NCBI GenBank assembly: GCA_938021455.1
Contig: CALIGP010000132.1
Location: 1 to 41,539 of the forward strand
From: an uncultured Lewinella sp.
GTDB taxonomy: Bacteria > Bacteroidota > Bacteroidia > Chitinophagales > Saprospiraceae
Length of the DNA stretch: 41,539 bases
Direction: 5' to 3'
A model generated the notes under the pieces. It was not told where the DNA came from, ran no database searches, and was given only the letters and a program-made list of their open reading frames with translations. How positions within the stretch are numbered: position 1 is the first letter of the stretch; every line of letters begins with the position of its first letter. A program made the translations under genes and the position numbers. Shown here piece after piece: positions 37,089 through 41,539 of the stretch.

Positions 37089-38300
37089 TCAAACTCTTTC
37101 AATAATGGTAGAAACCGCTAAGCCAGCTCCGGCATCAATGGTCAGGCTTCCAAGATTCAGATCTCGGCGTTCGAGTTCGTCCAATAGATGGCAAAGCATC
37201 ATGCCGCCGACTGCCCCCAGGGGCTCTCCGAGGGAGATAGCGCCGCCGAGCACGTTATAGTTTTCGTGCGGGATGTCTTGATCGCGGCGAAAGCGAATGG
37301 CGGAAGCGGCGAAGGACTCGTTGAATTCCCAGAGGTCGATGTCTTTATTCGTCAGCCCGGCCTTTTGCACGGCCAGGTCGGAGGCGTTAGCGCCGCCGGT
37401 GAGCAGGGTGGCGTCTACAGCGCTCATGGCCACGGCGCGGATGCGCGCGCGCGGTTTCAGCCCGAGTTCGTCGCCCGCCGTTTTGTTGCCAAGCAGGCAG
37501 AGGGCACAGCCATCAGCTGCTTTACTGGTGTTGCCAGAGGTATGTCGGTGGTCAACGTGATCCACCAGCGGGAAGCGGTGGAGCGCCATTTCGTTGAAGC
37601 CCGCAAGGCCCATCTCGGCGAAGCGCGGTGACAGTTCGGCCAGATCTTCAGCCGTAAGCTCTGGCTGCGGAATGGCGTCTTTATCGAGAATCACGAGCCC
37701 ATTATCATCCGTAATCGTTTCGATGCTGGCAGCGAAGTGGCCGTCTGTGATCGCAGCGCAGGCTTTGTTATGGCTATGAACGGCGTAAGCATCGAGCTCT
37801 TCTTTCCGGATACCGTAGGTGCTGGCCACTAAATCAGCCGCAACGCCTTGCGGGATGTAATGGCTGTTAATGATGGTGGAAGGATCGTTCATCATCGGCC
37901 CGCCGTTGAGGTAAGTCGGTACGCGACTCATGCACTCGATGCCGCCGGCAATCATAACTTCCCCGTAGCCGGCTACGATGCGGGCGGCGGCCAGGTTAAT
38001 CGCTTCCAGGCCTGAGGTGTTGAAACGGTTGATTTGCAGGCCACCACGAGCATTTGACCAGCCAGCGTTCAGCAATGCCGCTCGGGCCAGATTATAGCCT
38101 TGGTCTCCGGCTGGCGTGTTGCAACCAATGATCAGATCGTCAATACTGGCGGGAAGGTCCTCCTGTCCGCTTCGGCGCTGGAAAGCTTTCAGGCACTGGC
38201 TGAGTAGGTCGACGGGTTTGACTTCGTAGAGGTCCGCTGTACCATCAGCACGGCCGCGGGGGCTGCGGAGAACGTCGTAGATGAAGGCTTCGGTTGGCAT
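37089..38300 (-). CDS. Thiolase-fold protein lacking the canonical Cys/His/Cys catalytic residues
   Basis: RSPRG, AGGIECMSRVP, HTSGNTS..ADG and NESF present; NRFN, LGEPLG and TIDAGAG replace NRFC, LGHPLG and C.GGG. Confidence 0.9.
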   Translation of the reverse strand: MPTEAFIYDVLRSPRGRADGTADLYEVKPVDLLSQCLKAFQRRSGQEDLPASIDDLIIGCNTPAGDQGYNLARAALLNAGWSNARGGLQINRFNTSGLEAINLAAARIVAGYGEVMIAGGIECMSRVPTYLNGGPMMNDPSTIINSHYIPQGVAADLVASTYGIRKEELDAYAVHSHNKACAAITDGHFAASIETITDDNGLVILDKDAIPQPELTAEDLAELSPRFAEMGLAGFNEMALHRFPLVDHVDHRHTSGNTSKAADGCALCLLGNKTAGDELGLKPRARIRAVAMSAVDATLLTGGANASDLAVQKAGLTNKDIDLWEFNESFAASAIRFRRDQDIPHENYNVLGGAISLGEPLGAVGGMMLCHLLDELERRDLNLGSLTIDAGAGLAVSTIIERV

Positions 38301-38359
38301 GTTGGTCTTTTAGTTCGTTGGTCCTTTAGGCTGCCGCTTGTTGGAGGCACTGGAGGTTG

Positions 38360-38378
38360 GGGCGCGGCCGCAGGTGCC
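38360..38378 (-). repeat. TGCACCTGCG motif, copy 9
   Basis: Reverse complement GGCACCTGCG GCC GCGCCC. Confidence 0.8.
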
Positions 38379-38515
38379 ATGTCCCCTGTCCGGGCCTCCG
38401 GCCCGGTCCCCAAGGGGGGAAGCGTTTTGGAGCAGGGTAAAGGTAGATCACAAAACTACTAAGCCTGAGGGAAAGGGAAGGGAACTTAAGGCCGTAGGCT
38501 TTTTTAATTTCCTAA

Positions 38516-39052
38516 TTAATAATTAGTCGGTTCAGCTTCCGAGATGATAAATGGGATCTCCTCCCGAATGGCCTTCCGTTTGGCGAAGGGCATGTCGTCG
38601 CTGTAGGGTTCGTTGAAGAGCTCCTGCGCTTTTTCGTCCCAAAGCTGTTCATAAGCGGCTTTTAGGGCATTATAGACTTTGAGATATCTGTCAAAATTAG
38701 TACCCCGTTCATTTTGCAAACTGATGATCGCCTCCTTCGGGGATGTTGCTAAATCCGGCTTGTTCTCCGGGTTCGCGATGAACGCTTTGGTCATTTTCGT
38801 TAATCTCGACCAAGGAACCTCTTTACCTCTCACGAAAATCTTTCCGGAGCCTTTGACTTTTACATCCAATACGTTACGGGCTTTTATCTTATCTCCTCTT
38901 GTCTGAACGATGTCTTCGGTCTCCAGCATCTGGATGACATAATGATCGGCATTCTGGGGCTGGCTTGGCATTTGGTATTCTTCCTGAGGAGTGCAGGAGA
39001 GAAGGTAAAGGCTTAAAAGTAGAATTGTGACATAGTGATAGGGCATGATCAT
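38516..39052 (-). CDS. Lipoprotein with Bacteroidota ExbD-like periplasmic domain
   Basis: Lipobox LLSC; K.RNVL.V.V, AIISLQN.RGT, L.AAY..L.DE.A, IP..ISEAEP; start 39052 or 39046. Confidence 0.75.
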   Translation of the reverse strand: MIMPYHYVTILLLSLYLLSCTPQEEYQMPSQPQNADHYVIQMLETEDIVQTRGDKIKARNVLDVKVKGSGKIFVRGKEVPWSRLTKMTKAFIANPENKPDLATSPKEAIISLQNERGTNFDRYLKVYNALKAAYEQLWDEKAQELFNEPYSDDMPFAKRKAIREEIPFIISEAEPTNY

Positions 39053-39121
39053 AAAATTAGGAAATCTAATATCGTTCTCGAGGCGGCAGTTGTGAAATGG
39101 TTGTAAATCTTTGATGCCTTA

Positions 39122-39139
39122 TCTGGGCTGAAGCCCAGA
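39122..39139. repeat. Short REP-like palindrome TCTGGGCTGAAGCCCAGA
   Basis: Shares the GGCTGAAGCC core of the 28467 doublet. Confidence 0.65.
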
Positions 39140-39211
39140 CCTGTGCAACAAAGCTCTATCGAGCTGGGCCGTAAAAAGATGGGCTTTATCACGTCTGAGC
39201 CGCCTCCAACA

Positions 39212-39378
39212 TAGGGTGGTCAGAATTTTTGACTGCTTACCTTAGAAAACCTCTCCCCCTGCCCCTCTCCGGAGGAGAGGGGTGACCCTTCGGCACTAAT
39301 TATCAGTAAATTATAAGGTTTTCACTCTCTAGCAATAATCTAATTCAGAGTGGTGAATCTCAAATTCTAACCACCCTA
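39212..39378. mobile_element. 167-bp MITE with 17-bp terminal inverted repeats and a 9-bp target duplication
   Basis: TAGGGTGGTCAGAATTT / AAATTCTAACCACCCTA (16/17); CCTCCAACA at 39203-39211 and 39379-39387. Confidence 0.88.
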
Positions 39379-39427
39379 CCTCCAACATGCGGCAGCCTAA
39401 AAGACCAACGTACTAACAGACTAACAC

Positions 39428-40231
39428 CTACTTCCCTCTCCGTTGATCATCAATGGCCTTAACGAGGGCCTTCACTTCGGTACTGAAGTCCTTATTCAAT
39501 ATCCATTTCAGGTAACCGGGATCTTTACCGAAGACATCGGCAACGTTCTGGCCGGAGTACTTGCCAAAGTTGAATTGTGGCGTTCCGTCGGGGCCTTTCT
39601 TAAGGCGGCGGGTGGCGTCGAGGAAGCGCTCGTCCTGACAGAATTCCGCGACGGAGTCGAGGTTTTCAAAGGGATGGCTCACCTCACCGTCATCATTTTT
39701 GAATTCCGCTCCGGCGTAGTGTTTCAGCTGTCCACGGAAGATGTCTACGGTGGCGCGGACGTCGGCCAGGGCGTCGTGGGCGTTTTCCATTTCCTTGCCG
39801 GCGTAGAACTTCAGGGCTGCGCTCAGGGTGCGGGGCTCCATACGGTAGAAGATGTGCTGGGAGTCAATGAGACGTCGCTTGCTGGTGTCGAGGTAAATGC
39901 CCGCCCGGTAAAACTCTTCCTGAAGGAGCGGAACATCGTAGCGATTGGAGTTGTAGCCACCGAGGTCGGAGTCGCCAATGAATTCGTAAATCTCTTTAGC
40001 GAGGTCGGTAAAGGAGGGCTCGTCTTTCAGGTCTTCGTTCGTCATACCGTGAATGGCGGCGGCCTCAGCGCTGACCGGGACTCCCGGGTTGATCTTTCGC
40101 TCGTACTCGGCCGGTTCCCGGCCGTCAGCGAAGAGTTTGATCATGGCAATTTGCACGATGCGATCCTGAACAATGTTCAGTCCGGTAGCTTCAAGATCGA
40201 AGAAAACCAGGTCGTTCGGCAAGGGTAGCAT
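39428..40231 (-). CDS. DEDDh 3'-5' exonuclease (DNA polymerase III epsilon-like)
   Basis: FFDLEATG, GYNSNRYD, AHDALAD, C-terminal FNFGKY. Confidence 0.93.
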   Translation of the reverse strand: MLPLPNDLVFFDLEATGLNIVQDRIVQIAMIKLFADGREPAEYERKINPGVPVSAEAAAIHGMTNEDLKDEPSFTDLAKEIYEFIGDSDLGGYNSNRYDVPLLQEEFYRAGIYLDTSKRRLIDSQHIFYRMEPRTLSAALKFYAGKEMENAHDALADVRATVDIFRGQLKHYAGAEFKNDDGEVSHPFENLDSVAEFCQDERFLDATRRLKKGPDGTPQFNFGKYSGQNVADVFGKDPGYLKWILNKDFSTEVKALVKAIDDQRRGK

Positions 40232-40327
40232 GGTATAATCTTTAGGTTGGAAGAATGACGGTTGGCAAGGTACGTTTATTTCGTTCCGGGCAAGGGCCCT
40301 GAGCCCTGCTTTTCAAGAAGCTTTTTT

Positions 40328-40370
40328 TGCACCTGCGTCCGCGGCTCCCACTGAGCTTGCCGAAGTGCCC
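40328..40370 (+). repeat. TGCACCTGCG motif, copy 10, interrupted by a REP module
   Basis: TGCACCTGCGTCCGCG[GCTCCCACTGAGCTTGCCGAAGTG]CCC. Confidence 0.85.
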
Positions 40371-40646
40371 ATACTTCCGTCTGCTCAAAAGGGCTTTTTG
40401 TCGAATTTTAGCGCGCAGAGTTAACCTGCTTGGCTATGTTGTGTTGTTACTACAGAATAGAACCCGTTTAAATTTTTCGTTCGCGACCTTATCCGCGCCC
40501 TTATTTCCTCTGGCTTCGTTACGAAAAACCTCTTATAGTTAAGGCTATGCTCAATTTTTCGCGTCTTGCCAGAGAAAATAAGGGCTGCGGAGCGGCCAGC
40601 TCAGAAAAGTTTAAACGGGTTCATAACAAGCTAATTGACCAATTAT

Positions 40647-41384
40647 ATGATTTCGGTATTTCCCCTCTCCCAACCTAATATGCTCGGTTTCACCCTTGAC
40701 GGTGAAGTAGATGAAGAAGGCATCCGTAAGCTGCTTATCGCCGTAGAGGCTAAGGTCATTACCCACGGCAAACTTCGCCTGCTGGGGAACATCAAAAACG
40801 TTGGTGGTTTTCAGAGCTTTCAGACGTTTTGGAAGACGCTGAAAACTAAAAAAGAGCTGTGGGATAAAATTGAGAAGTATGCCATTCTGACTGATCACGG
40901 TTGGCTAGCGTCCCTGACGGGTTCCGTCGACTGGCTGACGCCCCGTATGGAGATCAAAACATTCAGTCTGGCCGATGGCGAGTTAGCGCATGCCTGGCTC
41001 AAACTAGATCCCATGGAAGAAAGCTCGGAGGGCCTCAAAGAAATTGATCTTGGAGATGAGCGTCTACTCGGCTTGGCGATTATTGGTAAAATGACAACGG
41101 TCGATTACGACCGGATCAACCTGTTAATTGAGGAGCAAGCGCAGAAATACGGCCAGGCTCGCGTCATGCTCGAAGTAGTGAGTACCGAATTCTCCGGTCA
41201 GGCATTGCTTGAAGACATCAAATCAAGCATCAAGAACTATAAAAATGTGGATCGGCTCGCCGTCATCGGCGATCAAAGTTGGCTCAAAACTACCGTTCGG
41301 CTCGGAGATCTCCTCACGCCAGGGCTGGAGTTAGCGGCTTTCTCTACGGTGGAGCGGAAGCGGGCGGTGGCTTGGTTGGGGTAA
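40647..41384 (+). CDS. Tandem STAS/SEC14 (SpoIIAA-like) domain protein
   Basis: Two ~120-aa units, each with A...D..WL and ending A.AWL; start ATG 40647. Confidence 0.82.
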   Translation: MISVFPLSQPNMLGFTLDGEVDEEGIRKLLIAVEAKVITHGKLRLLGNIKNVGGFQSFQTFWKTLKTKKELWDKIEKYAILTDHGWLASLTGSVDWLTPRMEIKTFSLADGELAHAWLKLDPMEESSEGLKEIDLGDERLLGLAIIGKMTTVDYDRINLLIEEQAQKYGQARVMLEVVSTEFSGQALLEDIKSSIKNYKNVDRLAVIGDQSWLKTTVRLGDLLTPGLELAAFSTVERKRAVAWLG

Positions 41385-41530
41385 AACGCGGAGCGTTTTT
41401 TTAGACGTTCGCTTCGCTCTCTTTTAGGGCTTCGGTTAAGAGGCTTTGCCGAAGCCCTACAAGGCCGAAGGCCGTCTACAAGAAAACCAAGCGAAGCGCG
41501 GTTTTCGCCTTCAAGCGTAGCGTCTACTAG
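41385..41530. repeat. Cluster of nested REP-like hairpins
   Basis: TAGGGCTTCGG...CCGAAGCCCTA (41425-41459) inside TAGACG...CGTCTA, with GCGAAGC/GCGTAGC/GCGGAGC mini-hairpins. Confidence 0.7.
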
Positions 41531-41539
41531 CCGAAAATA

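Larger units (their letters stand above)
38301..39425. mobile_element. Cassette bounded by 47-bp terminal inverted repeats (mobility inferred)
   Basis: 38301-38347 vs reverse complement of 39379-39425: 42/47 identical; no transposase or flanking duplication seen. Confidence 0.55.

Noticed and set aside
39443-40228. 261-aa antisense ORF spanning the exonuclease
   Set aside because: Codon-register mirror of a GC3-rich gene with no recognisable motifs
1-41539. tRNA, rRNA, riboswitch, prophage, DGR, retron or transposase genes
   Set aside because: No recognisable signatures by eye; an Infernal/Rfam scan would be needed to exclude small RNAs

Overview
Chromosomal window from a Bacteroidota organism, most likely marine Saprospirales/Lewinellaceae. 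The evidence is T9SS C-terminal domains, a SusC/SusD pair, PorP/SprF, DUF4294, TAnnTTTG promoter boxes and an EAD11-like domain. It holds about 28 CDS: an AlyA5-like PL7 alginate lyase, T9SS cargo proteins, a small GntR-susC-susD-GH36-SSS locus, a GH16, glsA, a Fic protein, aspS, bactofilin-atpZ-atpI-like genes, Cry-DASH, a fadB/fadA-like pair, a DEDDh exonuclease and a tandem STAS/SEC14 protein. I found no rRNA, tRNA, CRISPR, transposase or integrase. The unusual signals are: (1) a dispersed motif TGCACCTGCG-N3-5-GCGCC(C), with 10 copies on both strands, intergenic and inside coding sequence, including a signal peptide; (2) a full-length thiolase with all three catalytic residues replaced (N94/E359/D389), next to a fadB with altered dehydrogenase residues; (3) a 1.1-kb cassette bounded by 47-bp inverted repeats, carrying a lipoprotein ExbD-like domain and a 167-bp MITE with a 9-bp target duplication; (4) extensive REP-in-REP nesting, including an apparent in-frame insertion in a transporter. 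All product calls come from motif recognition by eye, not database searches.
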